Of a stretch of DNA of 64,000 nt, positions 21,647 to 33,438 are shown piece by piece; the first letter of the stretch is position 1, and every line of letters starts with the position of its first letter. Source of the DNA: a virus (lineage: Duplodnaviria > Caudoviricetes); IMG/VR virus record IMGVR_UViG_2974707348_000001, positions 1-64,000 of that record, one strand, 5' to 3'. The notes below the pieces were generated by a model. It ran no database searches and was not told where the DNA came from. It saw nothing but the letters and a program-made list of their open reading frames with translations. The position numbers and the translations under genes were made by a program.

Positions 21647-21751
21647 GTAAGTTATCAATTAACTTGCTCTTTTTTCTTTTTTATGGTATAATAGTATATG
21701 TTACAAGGAAAAAACAATCGTTTAGTTCTTATGAACAGATAGGAGATTTTA

Positions 21752-22798
21752 ATGACAAACTATGACAAAACCTTTATGCTTGGTGCAGGTCAAGGCTCAT
21801 CTCAAAAAACAAGTAATGAATATATTATCATTCATGATACAGCTAATGACAAAAACCAAGGAGACAATAGTGCATATAACGAAGCTAGCTATATGCACAA
21901 TAACTGGCAAAATGCATACACACATGCAATTGCTGGGTGGGATAGAGTATATTTGGTAGGAGAAGCTGGATATGTTGCTTACGGTGCTGGTAACGTAGCA
22001 AACAATCGTGCGCCTTTCCAAATTGAATTATCACATTATTCAGACCCAGTTAAACAAAGACAATCTTATGTTAACTACGTAAATGCTATTCGTGAATATG
22101 CAAATAAATTTGGTATTCCATTGACACTTGATGGTGGAGGAAAAGGTATCAAATCTCATAAATGGGTATCTGATAATATTTGGGGAGACCATCAAGACCC
22201 TTACGGTTACTTGGCACGTATTGGCATTTCAAAAAACCAATTGGCTAACGACTTGGCTCATGGCGTAGGTGGAACAGCTCCTGCTCCAGCACCAAAACCA
22301 GCATCAGCCCCAGCCCCTGCTCCAAAACCAAAACCAAGCAAACCTGCTCAAAAGGTACAAACTAATGTAGTATATGGATTGCATCAAAAAGGTGGAGGTT
22401 GGTTAGGAGAAATCACTAACTTCAACAACAATAACTCTAGTGGTTTTGCTGGGTCACCAAGTAATAAACATGACTTGCTCTATATGCGAGTAACTCATGG
22501 TGCATTGAAATACCGAGTACACACTATCGAAGATGGTTGGCTCGGTTGGGTAACAAATGGTAATAAGAATGATACTGTTAATGGATGTGCTGGTATTTCT
22601 GGTCACACTATTGATGGTGTACAAGCTTATTTCTACACACCTAGTGGTGAAGTATATCAACAAGCTCATTATCGGTCACAAACCGCTAAACGTGCAGGTT
22701 GGTTAGCTCCAGTAGTTGACGATTCAGACTTTGCAGGTATCTTGGGAGAGCCTTTAGATAGATTGCAAGTAGCAATTAGTAATACAAACCCATTCTAA
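21752..22798 (+). CDS. endolysin, N-acetylmuramoyl-L-alanine amidase (Amidase_2) with Pro/Ala linker and C-terminal cell-wall-binding repeats
   Basis: [27 protein letters not shown]; PAPAPKP linker; YRVH..GWLGWV. Confidence 0.9.
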   Translation: MTNYDKTFMLGAGQGSSQKTSNEYIIIHDTANDKNQGDNSAYNEASYMHNNWQNAYTHAIAGWDRVYLVGEAGYVAYGAGNVANNRAPFQIELSHYSDPVKQRQSYVNYVNAIREYANKFGIPLTLDGGGKGIKSHKWVSDNIWGDHQDPYGYLARIGISKNQLANDLAHGVGGTAPAPAPKPASAPAPAPKPKPSKPAQKVQTNVVYGLHQKGGGWLGEITNFNNNNSSGFAGSPSNKHDLLYMRVTHGALKYRVHTIEDGWLGWVTNGNKNDTVNGCAGISGHTIDGVQAYFYTPSGEVYQQAHYRSQTAKRAGWLAPVVDDSDFAGILGEPLDRLQVAISNTNPF

Positions 22799-22989
22799 AT
22801 GGTAAATTAAGTATACCTTCAAGTGTACTTTTTTCGAAACACAATAGTTACTAATATTAGAGTTCTGCCCAGTTGAATATTGGGGTTAATTCAAATAAGA
22901 ATAAAAAAGAGATATTTTATCTCTTTTTTTTCTTGACTTCTATTTCATATTATGATATAATAATAATATAACATAATCAAGAAAGGAGT

Positions 22990-23223
22990 TTGAACGCAGT
23001 GCTAATTTTTAACAAAGGTGACTTTAAGAAACAAATGCGACTCTTAGGACTTACACAAGAAGATATGCTTGAGATTATCTATGCTCAGTATGGCATTGAG
23101 TTATCAAGAGGAAATTTTAGTAAAGTTATCAATGGAAGTGTTCATTGGAAGCTAGAATTGGCAATGGCTGTATCAGAAATTTTAGATGTTGAAGTAAACG
23201 AATTATTTAAGCTGAAAAAATAA
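22990..23223 (+). CDS. XRE-family HTH regulator
   Basis: GLTQEDM..LSRGNFSKVING..LAMAVSEILDVEVNELF. Confidence 0.8.
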   Translation: MNAVLIFNKGDFKKQMRLLGLTQEDMLEIIYAQYGIELSRGNFSKVINGSVHWKLELAMAVSEILDVEVNELFKLKK

Positions 23224-23322
23224 TTTAAAAAATATAACATTATGCTTGACAAATGAATTTTAATTTGATATAATAGTTATGTTGTCAAAATAAAAAACCT
23301 AAGAATAAAAGGAGTCCAACAA

Positions 23323-24528
23323 ATGGCTAAAAAAGAAGAAGAAAAAATCTTGAATCAAACAAAAGGAACGTTCCGTCTCATCGGTAAAATTACTGGAACA
23401 GAGCGTGATAATTTCTTTACATCACGTATCCTCGAGCGAGGAAAAATGAAAGGTAAAGAAATGCGTTCGCTTCGATTTGGAGTAAAGACTTCTAATCAAC
23501 AAACAGTTTATGTTCAAATGACTGGATATGAACCAGAGACTGTTTACTTATGGAACGCTAAAGAAAAAGACAAGTCTAAACGTAGTTCTAAAATGAGTTA
23601 TGACGACTATCTTGACCAAAAAGAAGTTTTGGAAGAAGATGGAATTATTACGCTTGATTCAACAGTTGGTCTTACAGAAGCAGGTAAAGATGCACCACGT
23701 GTACATGATACAAAATTTGATAACGTTATGCTTGCAGAAGAGTTGCTTGAAAATGGCATGACAGTAATGGTTACTGGTACATTAGGACGTGGAGAATACG
23801 AAAAAGATGGAAGAGTAATTCAAACTCAAAACTTTGATGTTCAATCAATTTTGTTATATGACCGTGAGCTTGATTTTGATAGTCCTAAATTTAAAGAATC
23901 TGCATATTTCACAGAAGAATTTGTGCTGTTTGATACAGATTATGAAAAAGGTGATGAGCACATCACAGTAACTGGTAAAACTATCAACTATGCTCAAAAA
24001 ACTTTCCCAGTATCCTATGCGTTATCTTGGGAAAAAGACTTGAATAATCCATTTGTTAATTATGAGTCAATGTCTGATGAAGAAAAAGCAGAAGCTGATA
24101 AAGAAATTAATGCACAAGTTAAAATGAAACAAGGAATGGCTAGTGCATTTAAAAAAGTGAAGTTTGGCTCACTTCTTAAAATTGAGGGTAATATCATTAA
24201 CCGTGCAGTTGTAGTTGAAGAAGAAGCTGAGGAAGATGACCTACTTGCACAAATGCGTGGTAACGCTCGTAAGGTTACTAACTACATTTCGTTGTTGAGT
24301 ATTGAAGGTACTGACAAACATGAACCTGCTAAATATACAGAAGATGACTTCATGAAAGCTCTTGAACAATCTGAATTAGTTACATCTGACTCTAAGAAAG
24401 ATGACGAAGAAGAAGATGACCTTGGTGGACTTCGTGGCAAAGGCAAATCAGCAAGTAAAGAGTTTGATAAAGAAGCTTTTGGTTCAGACCCAATGGAAGA
24501 CCTTGATGACTCAGACCTCCCATTCTAA
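23323..24528 (+). CDS. putative single-stranded DNA-binding protein
   Basis: OB-like beta-rich segments, acidic tail ending DDSDLPF, first gene of the replication operon. Confidence 0.7.
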   Translation: MAKKEEEKILNQTKGTFRLIGKITGTERDNFFTSRILERGKMKGKEMRSLRFGVKTSNQQTVYVQMTGYEPETVYLWNAKEKDKSKRSSKMSYDDYLDQKEVLEEDGIITLDSTVGLTEAGKDAPRVHDTKFDNVMLAEELLENGMTVMVTGTLGRGEYEKDGRVIQTQNFDVQSILLYDRELDFDSPKFKESAYFTEEFVLFDTDYEKGDEHITVTGKTINYAQKTFPVSYALSWEKDLNNPFVNYESMSDEEKAEADKEINAQVKMKQGMASAFKKVKFGSLLKIEGNIINRAVVVEEEAEEDDLLAQMRGNARKVTNYISLLSIEGTDKHEPAKYTEDDFMKALEQSELVTSDSKKDDEEEDDLGGLRGKGKSASKEFDKEAFGSDPMEDLDDSDLPF

Positions 24529-24576
24529 TTAAACCTTGGAATCAATGCACATCAAAACACGAAATAGGAGAAAATA

Positions 24577-25662
24577 ATGGGAATTAAAGATAGAGTTAAA
24601 AAGAACAAAGTTAGCACGAAATTGTCAGACATGAAGATTACAATTGCAGGCCGCCAAAAGTCGGGCAAGACCAGCTTGTTTTATGAAATTCTCAAACGTG
24701 AAGGTGGTCTTGATACTGGATTGCTCTTTGCTTTTGAAAAGGGATATAACTTCCTTGACGGAATCAATGTAGTTGATATTGAATCATGGTCTGATTTCAT
24801 TGATACAATTGATGAGTTAGAGGATGATAACGAAGGATTCGTTTATGTCGGTATTGATACAGTTGATATCGCAGGTCGTTTATGTCAAGAGTATGTACTT
24901 CGCAAACAGAGTACTAAAGACGGCAAACGATATGACGCAATGGCTGATATTCCTTTTGGTAAGGGATATGAGTTGGTTGAAGCAGAGTTCTCGCGTCAAT
25001 TTGCACGTCTTGACCGTATCTTTGGTGGGTGGATGAGCATCACTCACGACAAAGATAAGACAGTTAAAGAAAAATCTGGTCTTGAGTATGACAAAACTAT
25101 GATGTCAGCGACTGGTCGTACAGGAGACTATATCAAGAACTCATCAGACTTTATTGTCTTTATCGACATTCAAACAGCTAAAACACGTGATAAAGAAACA
25201 CGCAAACAAACTGTTCAAGAGAATCGTAAGATTCGTTTCCGTGGAGATGGTACAACGGAAGCTGGTGGACGTATCTCTAAAGTTCCAGAAGAAATTGACT
25301 ATGATGTTGATTTGTTCTTGAAAACTATCCGTGATGCAGTTCTGGCAAACACTGGTGCAAGTGAGGAAGGTTCAACCGCTACTCCATGGACACCTAGCCA
25401 AGAGGATTCAGCAAAGGAAAAACCAAAAGAAACAAAAGCTCGTAAAACTGTGAAAACAGACAAACCGAAAGAAAAAGAAGAAGACGTAGTTGATATTGAT
25501 TCAATCAAATCAAAAATTGGTGACTTCCTTTCTGACTTAGAATTGTCTGAGAAAAAAGTTTGGGCTAAACGATTTAAAGAAGACTTGGGAACAATGAACT
25601 TCAATGAATCTGATGATATTAAAGCACTTCAAAGTATCTTATCTGATATGTCAGAAGGATAA
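24577..25662 (+). CDS. AAA_24/Sak4-like ATPase
   Basis: Walker A GRQKSGKT, VGIDTVD, ITH, SDFIVF. Confidence 0.8.
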   Translation: MGIKDRVKKNKVSTKLSDMKITIAGRQKSGKTSLFYEILKREGGLDTGLLFAFEKGYNFLDGINVVDIESWSDFIDTIDELEDDNEGFVYVGIDTVDIAGRLCQEYVLRKQSTKDGKRYDAMADIPFGKGYELVEAEFSRQFARLDRIFGGWMSITHDKDKTVKEKSGLEYDKTMMSATGRTGDYIKNSSDFIVFIDIQTAKTRDKETRKQTVQENRKIRFRGDGTTEAGGRISKVPEEIDYDVDLFLKTIRDAVLANTGASEEGSTATPWTPSQEDSAKEKPKETKARKTVKTDKPKEKEEDVVDIDSIKSKIGDFLSDLELSEKKVWAKRFKEDLGTMNFNESDDIKALQSILSDMSEG

Positions 25663-25767
25663 TAAATTAAAAGAGAGAAGAAATTCTCTCTTTTTTGTAT
25701 CTTACACTTGACATATTTATTTTATTATGATATAATATTACTATACTAAAGAAATGGAGATGAATAA

Positions 25768-26385
25768 TTGGCTAAACAAAGTATTCGCACATGTCCTGTC
25801 TGCAAGAAAAAAGACAAGATTGATGTTATGGTTCAATATGAAAAACTTCCAAACAGATATTTACATCCAGAATGCAAAGAGATGGAGATAGAAAAGTTCA
25901 AGATAAATCAAATAGAGCAAGAAAAGAAAGATATTTTCTGGGAAACTCTAGCTGAAATCGTAAACTTAAAGTTTGTTGATATTCCACCACGCATTTATAC
26001 CTTGGCTCAGAATTTAAGAAGTGGAAATCCTGTATTCAACAAGAGAAAAACTGACAAAAGATATCGTGATGGATTTGAGTGGGATGTCATGACAAGGACA
26101 GTGATTGATTCTAAAAAAAAGATTAGGACAGCAATTGAAACCAAGGACTTTCAATCAATTGATTCGGCATTATATTATATCATGAAAATTGTGGTTAATC
26201 GAATCCCTTTAGTTCATCAAAAGATGGAACGTGAGAAGAGAGCTCTTGAAGTTCAAAAGGCTCGTGAAGCAAGTCTCACACAGGAAGATATCAAGAAGAT
26301 TGTTAGATATCAATATGATGAGGAAGACGAAAAACCTAGAAAAAAACGTAAGAAACTAGGTAATGATATTAGTAAATGGTTATAA
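25768..26385 (+). CDS. Zn-finger protein upstream of the helicase (possible loader)
   Basis: CPVC..HPEC; position matches SPbeta yorH. Confidence 0.6.
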   Translation: MAKQSIRTCPVCKKKDKIDVMVQYEKLPNRYLHPECKEMEIEKFKINQIEQEKKDIFWETLAEIVNLKFVDIPPRIYTLAQNLRSGNPVFNKRKTDKRYRDGFEWDVMTRTVIDSKKKIRTAIETKDFQSIDSALYYIMKIVVNRIPLVHQKMEREKRALEVQKAREASLTQEDIKKIVRYQYDEEDEKPRKKRKKLGNDISKWL

Positions 26386-26394
26386 GAGGAAAAT

Positions 26395-27939
26395 ATGACA
26401 ACAGCTAAAAAGAAAACAAAGGCACAAGCAGAAGCTGAATCAATAAAACGACTAGCAAGTACTAATGAATCATATTTTGTGGGTTTACTATGGAGTCAAC
26501 CTATGGAAACATATACAAGCTATAGTGAAAAGATTTCACCAGACGATTTTTTACATCCAGAATGGGGCTTTTATTTTGAATTGGGTAAACGTCTTTACAA
26601 AAAAGGAATTAAAATCTTCGATGATATCTCAGTCAATGCCACAGTTGAAGAAATTGGTGTCCGTGACACCTTTGAAGAGTATGGCGGATACGGAACAATG
26701 GTACAATTGATTGATATTGTTGAAGAAAATGCACAAAACATTGAATCATACTACGATGCTCTTCTCAAAAATAAAGTAATCATGGCTCTGATTGATTTGA
26801 TTGGTGGAAAAGTAATTACCAACAATAAAAAGTATGATTATCGTGAGATGAATGCTCGTGAGATTTCTCAGTACTGGCAAAATCAAATGAATAATATTGC
26901 AATTGATGGAATCTCCTCATTTGAAAGTGAAAATCTCTATATCAGTGGTAAAAAGTTCTTAGGAAACTTAGAGAATAAAGCTGACGGAGTTCTTAAATTT
27001 GCAAACTCACGCCTATTAAATAGTGTTGTACAAGGTATGCCACGTGGAGAAGTGACAATGTTAGGTGGGTTTGGTAACAGCGGTAAATCTTCATTTATGA
27101 CAGATAAAGTACTCTTGTCATGTATTTATGACGTTGACAAAACACTTGTCATTCTTAATGAGGAAGGTGCTGATAAGTTACGAGAAAAGATATTTTTAAC
27201 ATTGGTTAATCATGAGATGAATAAGCATGGAGCTAAAGAACAGCGTAATTTTGAACGGCAAAAACTCAATAAAGTTAATGAATTAGACGATGAAGACCGC
27301 AAACTTATCTATGAAACTTTTGATAAATTAAAAGAGCTAATGGATGGCGATGAAGCACATATTAAAATCGTCTTCATGGAGCAATATCAGATTGAAGATT
27401 TAAAAAATATCGTAGCTCTACACGCAAATCTTGGATATGTTAACCTTATTATTGATACTCACAAAGTACCTGATAACTATAAATCGGCAAGTCGTTGGGA
27501 AGCAATTGTTGAAGCAACAAAAGAGATTTATAAATTAACTCGTCCTGAGTCTGGTGGATTTAACCTTCGCACTATGTTGACTGTTCAGTTGGCAGATAAC
27601 CATATCAAAGATAAATTCCTTGGATATGATGCTATTGGTGAGGGTAAAGGAATGAAAAATGAAGCATCTATTTTGATGATGTATCGTCCTATTTTCGATG
27701 ATGAATATGAAAAAATCAAACCACATCGTTTTGTTAAGAGTAACCTAAGTAAAGACGGATGGGTTCAAGAGGAAGTTCCACTAAAACGAAACAAAACTTA
27801 TTATGTAATGTTTATTCCTAAAAACCGTTATGGTCAAAACACGGACAATGGACAAGACGCAATTATTTATGAAGCTCGATTCCAGTACAACTCATTTGTT
27901 GAAGTTGGATTTGCAACTATTCCACGTGAATATAATTAA
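26395..27939 (+). CDS. dnaB: DnaB-like replicative helicase
   Basis: N-terminal PDDF.HP, Walker A GFGNSGKS, LNEE, IIDT, TVQL, KNRYG. Confidence 0.85.
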   Translation: MTTAKKKTKAQAEAESIKRLASTNESYFVGLLWSQPMETYTSYSEKISPDDFLHPEWGFYFELGKRLYKKGIKIFDDISVNATVEEIGVRDTFEEYGGYGTMVQLIDIVEENAQNIESYYDALLKNKVIMALIDLIGGKVITNNKKYDYREMNAREISQYWQNQMNNIAIDGISSFESENLYISGKKFLGNLENKADGVLKFANSRLLNSVVQGMPRGEVTMLGGFGNSGKSSFMTDKVLLSCIYDVDKTLVILNEEGADKLREKIFLTLVNHEMNKHGAKEQRNFERQKLNKVNELDDEDRKLIYETFDKLKELMDGDEAHIKIVFMEQYQIEDLKNIVALHANLGYVNLIIDTHKVPDNYKSASRWEAIVEATKEIYKLTRPESGGFNLRTMLTVQLADNHIKDKFLGYDAIGEGKGMKNEASILMMYRPIFDDEYEKIKPHRFVKSNLSKDGWVQEEVPLKRNKTYYVMFIPKNRYGQNTDNGQDAIIYEARFQYNSFVEVGFATIPREYN

Positions 27940-27949
27940 AGGATAAAAA

Positions 27950-28999
27950 ATGAGTGATTTAGCAGAGATTAAAAAACGACTCTTTGAAGAGGATAAAGTT
28001 CAAGACCTGTTTGAATCAATTGGTTGTCAAAATATAAAGTGGGAACAAGGTGAGACTCTTATTACAGCTCAGTTACCTGATGATTTTCACTCTACAAATA
28101 CACGTGCTGTACAATGTAGAGTGAATGAGGGGCTATGGTGTTCAATAAGGAATAGGAATGACTTTAGTGGAGATATCTTTAACTTAATCTCTTATCTCGT
28201 ACACAAAGTAAAAGGAGATGAATTACAGGATAATTTAAATGAAGCAAAGCAATATATTTGTAAGTTGTTTCATTGGAGTTATTCAAGCGGGAAGATTGAA
28301 GAAAGATATGACCCACTTAAAAACATCAAGAGTATGATGTATAAGGGAAGAGGTAAAGTAAGAAAGCCTAACAAAGTTCTTAATGAGAGTGTTCTATTTG
28401 ATTTTTTGGATTTGCCTAACAAACTATGGGAAGATGAAGGAATAAGCATAGAAACTCAAAGGACTTATGACATTGGGTTTGATATTCTCACTAGAAGAAT
28501 CACAATTCCTGTTCGTAATAAGTTTGGACAGTTAGTAGGGGTCAAAGGTAGAATGCTTTTAGAGGACGATGTCAATGAGTCAGACCCTAAATATATGTAC
28601 ATCTACAAGTGTAATCAATCACAAGAACTATTTAATTTCTATATTGCTAATAAATCAGCAAAAGAAAAGAAAGAACTAATCATTGTAGAAGGTGAAAAAT
28701 CTTGTATGAAATTTTATGAGAATAAGATTTACAATGTGGTAGCTCTTGGTTCGAGTGATATTTCTCCTACTCAGGTTGATATGATTTACTCACTAGGATT
28801 TGACATTGAGATTGTCCTAGCTTATGATAGTGACAAAACAATTGATGAAATTCAAAAGACAGCAGAGAAGCTCAATCAAAGAAGTGTGTCAATGGTATTT
28901 GACAAAGACAAGAAAACTGGTAAAAAGTCTGCCCCTATTGATAATGGTATCAAGGTTTGGAAAGATTTATATAATAACTATAAATACGATTTGGAGTAA
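27950..28999 (+). CDS. dnaG: DnaG-like primase (TOPRIM)
   Basis: RITIPVRN..GQLVGVKGR, PKY, IIVEGEKS, LAYDSD. Confidence 0.85.
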   Translation: MSDLAEIKKRLFEEDKVQDLFESIGCQNIKWEQGETLITAQLPDDFHSTNTRAVQCRVNEGLWCSIRNRNDFSGDIFNLISYLVHKVKGDELQDNLNEAKQYICKLFHWSYSSGKIEERYDPLKNIKSMMYKGRGKVRKPNKVLNESVLFDFLDLPNKLWEDEGISIETQRTYDIGFDILTRRITIPVRNKFGQLVGVKGRMLLEDDVNESDPKYMYIYKCNQSQELFNFYIANKSAKEKKELIIVEGEKSCMKFYENKIYNVVALGSSDISPTQVDMIYSLGFDIEIVLAYDSDKTIDEIQKTAEKLNQRSVSMVFDKDKKTGKKSAPIDNGIKVWKDLYNNYKYDLE

Positions 29000-29002
29000 A
29001 AC

Positions 29003-30784
29003 ATGGTAAAATGGATACAAAAGAAAACAAAGATTAAATCTGATAGAGAGGATGATTTAAAGACAAAAATTTTAAAAGCACGTGGGATTCCCTTAGAAGA
29101 CCATCAGGAGTTTTTGTTTCCTGATGAAAAATGGGAGAATCACCCTTTTGAAATCCGAAATGTAGAGAGGGCTGTCAATCGTATCTTAGAAGGTATCGCA
29201 AATAAAGAAACGATTGTGGTAAGTGGTGACCCTGATGCAGATGGAATCACAGCAACAGCTATTATGTTCAATCGACTGAAAGCACTACAAGATTTTAATG
29301 AGTTCAACTTAGATTACATCTATCCTCAACGTGATACAGGTCATGGATTGTATGGTCAATTATCGGTTCAAGACCATTGGTTAAATAAAGCGGAGAAAGC
29401 AAAGGCTGAAAAAGATAAAGAAAGTCTTGCTAAATGGGAAAAACTTATTGACCTTAGTCGTTCAAACATTGAAAAGACCAAGGTAGCTGACCTCCTCATT
29501 ATTTTGGATAGTTCAAGCAATGACTTAGAAGGTGTTGAACGTGCTCGAACATTGAATCCTGATTTAGATATTATTATCTTAGACCACCATGAGTTCGACT
29601 CTAAAGAAATTGCGAACAAAATGGACAAGGAAGTTATCTTATGTAACCCTCATCATCACCTAGACGAATCAGTTAATAAAGATTTATCAGGTGCTGGTAT
29701 GGCTTATAAAGTAGCCAAAGGAATTGATGAGGTCTTAGATGATGATGGATTTTCTAATCAATTTCGTGATTTGGTTGCAATTGGTCTAGTAGGAGATATG
29801 ATGAGTGTTCTTAATTTTGAGAACCGTTACCTTATCTCACAAGGGTTACAAAATGTTAACAATATTGGCTTATCACGAATCCTTAAGGGTGCTAAAATTA
29901 ATACATACCGATACAATACAAAAGATATTGGGTATAGTATTGCACCATTGATTAATTCATCTGCTCGTATGGGAGATATTGAGCTTGCTTTTCAAATTTT
30001 AATGGTGGATAATGATACTGATGCCAAGAAACTCCGCCTTAAAATGGATAAGTTAAATAAGAAACGTCAAGAAACTCAAAAAACAGTCATGCAAAAATAT
30101 GAAGATACTCAAGATATGAGAGACAAGATTATCATTGTTATTGACTCAGAATCAAACAAAGGTATGAATGGCTTAGTAGCTCAGAATATCGCTCAAAAAT
30201 ATCACCGTCCATGTTTTGTTGTAACAGAAGGAAAAGACGGAGTCTGTCGTGGTTCAGGTCGTTCATATGGTAGTTTTAATACCAATGAGTTCTTGAGTGA
30301 ATTAGACTTCGTAGAAGCACAAGGACATGGACAAGCTCATGGATTGAATTTTCCTATTGACAGATTAGATGATTTAAAAGAGTATATCGAAGAAAATATG
30401 CCAGATAATCTTGAAACAGAACAAACATTCTACTATGACATTGAATTGGAAAACGTTGAAGAAGCATTCATGGATTTGACTGACTTAATCAACATCAATT
30501 ACATTACAGGTAATAACTTTCCAGAGGTTGTAGTACGCATGGACAATGTTATGATTGAGGAACGTGCAGTTATTGGCAAAACAAAAGAGACAGTTAAATT
30601 TAAAACAAGTGGAGATTTAGTTTTTATTAAGTTTAAAGTTAATGAAGACTGGAATAAAGATATTGATACATTTGACACTGTTAGTGTTGTAGGTAATGGT
30701 ACAATCAATGAGTTTTATAACTTCGCAACAAAAGAAATGACACGAACACCACAAATTATAATTATGGATATTGTAAAGGATTAA
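29003..30784 (+). CDS. recJ: RecJ-like ssDNA exonuclease (DHH/DHHA1)
   Basis: GDPDADG, ILDHH, LSGAG, GLVGDMM, APLINSSARM, GSGRS, GHGQAHG. Confidence 0.92.
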   Translation: MVKWIQKKTKIKSDREDDLKTKILKARGIPLEDHQEFLFPDEKWENHPFEIRNVERAVNRILEGIANKETIVVSGDPDADGITATAIMFNRLKALQDFNEFNLDYIYPQRDTGHGLYGQLSVQDHWLNKAEKAKAEKDKESLAKWEKLIDLSRSNIEKTKVADLLIILDSSSNDLEGVERARTLNPDLDIIILDHHEFDSKEIANKMDKEVILCNPHHHLDESVNKDLSGAGMAYKVAKGIDEVLDDDGFSNQFRDLVAIGLVGDMMSVLNFENRYLISQGLQNVNNIGLSRILKGAKINTYRYNTKDIGYSIAPLINSSARMGDIELAFQILMVDNDTDAKKLRLKMDKLNKKRQETQKTVMQKYEDTQDMRDKIIIVIDSESNKGMNGLVAQNIAQKYHRPCFVVTEGKDGVCRGSGRSYGSFNTNEFLSELDFVEAQGHGQAHGLNFPIDRLDDLKEYIEENMPDNLETEQTFYYDIELENVEEAFMDLTDLININYITGNNFPEVVVRMDNVMIEERAVIGKTKETVKFKTSGDLVFIKFKVNEDWNKDIDTFDTVSVVGNGTINEFYNFATKEMTRTPQIIIMDIVKD

Positions 30785-30789
30785 AAAAA

Positions 30790-31329
30790 ATGAAAAAAAT
30801 AACTAAAAAAATTATTGTGACAATTATTATTATTGCAGGAATCTTTGGTTCAGCAACTTTTGGAGCTTATGCAGCTAATGCATGGGCAGGACATCAAAAT
30901 ATGGTCGCTGTGCAACAAAATATCTCTATCTTGAAACAACGCTTGCTAGACCGAAATGAAAAACTTAAAGAAGCAGATAATAACTCACATCAATATGAAA
31001 ACCAATTGAATCAATTGAACAACCAAATTAACCAGTTGAAAAACCAAATTAATCAAGCTGATTCTGTAAACCAACAACTTCAAGGTCAACTTAGAAATAA
31101 AGCTGCTAATTATCAAAATCAACTGAACGCACTCAATCAACAAAAAGAAGAAGTCGCTAGACAATTAAATCAAGTAAATCAAGGTAAAGCGAAGATGGCA
31201 CAACAAATTAATGATTTGAACTCAAAACTAATTGTAGCTCAACAAAAGACTGACGAGTTATCTCAAGCAGTGACTGATGCACAACAGACTAAAGACTTGT
31301 CAGACGATGCTGTCAATGCGACGAAGTGA
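30790..31329 (+). CDS. signal-anchored Q/N-rich coiled-coil protein
   Basis: N-terminal hydrophobic segment followed by heptad repeats. Confidence 0.75.
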   Translation: MKKITKKIIVTIIIIAGIFGSATFGAYAANAWAGHQNMVAVQQNISILKQRLLDRNEKLKEADNNSHQYENQLNQLNNQINQLKNQINQADSVNQQLQGQLRNKAANYQNQLNALNQQKEEVARQLNQVNQGKAKMAQQINDLNSKLIVAQQKTDELSQAVTDAQQTKDLSDDAVNATK

Positions 31330-31337
31330 GGGATTAG

Positions 31338-33430
31338 ATGAAAATCAAAGAAATTAAACATGTAAAACCAGAAGATTTTGCTGTCATTGAAGATGGTACT
31401 GTATATGGTTATGTTGTGGATAGAGGATACAGAGATGGGGCAGTCATAGTTGATGAATACCCTAAACTATATACAGAAGAAAGCATGATGACATTTATGC
31501 AATCAAACGTTGACCGTGCATTATTGATGTATGGTATGACATTTGATAGCATAGATGGAATGGCAGAAAATCGCAGACTAACAAAAGAAGAAAGAAATAT
31601 GGTTATTGAAGATTTCTTTTCATAAGGAGAATATAGTGAGTTATAATAGACAGGAATATGGATATAGTCAAATGTTATTTAATTATATTACAGACTATTC
31701 ACAGGGAATTAATGAAACGGTAAGTCAAATGGAATTTATTTGGCAAAATCGAGACAACTTCAAAGAAGATATTGAAGTCGAAGAAGTGATTAAGAGATTC
31801 AAAAAAGATATTGAAGATAAAGTGGAATCTTTTCTCTCATATCTTGAACCATTAGATGAGGAATAAGATGGAAACAAGACATCAAAAACTTCATATTATT
31901 TTCAAAAGAGTAATTTATTTACTCTTTTTTTATTTTATGCTTGACAAAAGTATTTTAATTTGATATAATTATAAATATAGAAAGTAGAGGAACTAAACAT
32001 GGCAAACATTACTACCGAAACACGTAACGCATCATTTGAAGAAATCCTTGAAACAATCAGTGACCGACAACAAATAGTTATTGACTACTTGGAAGCATTT
32101 GACGAACCTTTATCTGCGAGTGATATTGCGTATGGTCTATATATTAACGGACTTGTTCCAACACCTGAACGCAACTCAGTACACCCTCGATTAACAGAAT
32201 TGACAAAAATGGGAATTGTACGTGTAGTCGGTAAAGAAAAAGACCAAGTTACAAATCGAAAAGTTGCGGTCTATGAATTGGTAAAGGAAGCTCGATAATG
32301 AAAAAACTTAATGCAAATCAAACAATTCCAACAAACATTGTAAAATACTTAAACGGAGTCAATCATAATGAGTATGAGAGTGTAGTTGATGCATTCATTG
32401 AATCATACGATGACTGGACATTACCTGATGAACTTAATGACTTCTGCAAAGACATTAAGAACTTTCACTTATGTGTAATATACTTGCTAGATAGCGAAAG
32501 GTCATTACATATGTTTGAGAATGGAGAATAATATGTATCCTAAATTTATTGTAGTGGAAGTATATCAACATGAAATCAAAAAGTCTTACTGGAAGCTAAA
32601 AATTCTTGAAGGCAAAAGTAAAGTGTGGGAAGATTTCACACACTTTAGATATAATAACTGGATGGATGCCAATTATTATTTACAAACATCAAAAGAAATT
32701 AGAGGTTTAAAATGAAAACAAGTACAGAAGTTTTAACAACATTAGTATTCTTCATTATATTATTTGCGATGAAGATGATTGCAGGATTTGAATACGCAGT
32801 ACTTTTTGGTTTAGCAGTTGCCATTGTTAAAGTAATTAAGCATGGTAATGGATAAGAATGAATAACAAACACATCTCTGATTTTTAACCCCTCAGAATGC
32901 GTCAGATTCAATTCTAAGCATCTTTTCGACAAATTTGTCCAAATATACGCTGATGAGCGTGTGTATTACTATGCGGTCTTCTCAGAGGGTATTAAAAAAG
33001 AGAGACGAGTAAGAAAGATATAAAATAAGAATTTTATATACGGTTTATGGAGCTTATCGCTTGACAATTAGAAAGAAATAGATTATAATAGGGTATAAAA
33101 TAAGGAGTGGAAAATGAGATATGCTTACAGAGTAACAGACGGAGCGCTTGTTATAGCTTGGGAAGTAACCAATAGCATGGACGAGCTAATAAAAGTAAAA
33201 AACCATGCTGAAAATGTAAGAGGTTATAAGTTTGAAGCATGGGAACTAGAATTTAAGGAAATTGAAGTATGAAAAAAGTAAAATTTGAATTTAGTGACGG
33301 TTACCAAATACCCGTAACAGAAGTTTTTGAATTTGAAGACGAAGCGACAGAAGAGGAAATTGAAAAAGAGTTTCGTGAGTGGTTTTTTAACGAACTTGAT
33401 ATAGCTGGCATAGGAGGAAATTTTGAGGAG
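31338..33430 (+). CDS. small hypothetical ORFs, including a winged-helix protein (31999-32298)
   Basis: 31999 ORF: LSASDIA..RNSVHPRLTELTKMGIV wHTH pattern; others short with RBSs. Confidence 0.6.
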
Positions 33431-33438
33431 ATAGAGTT

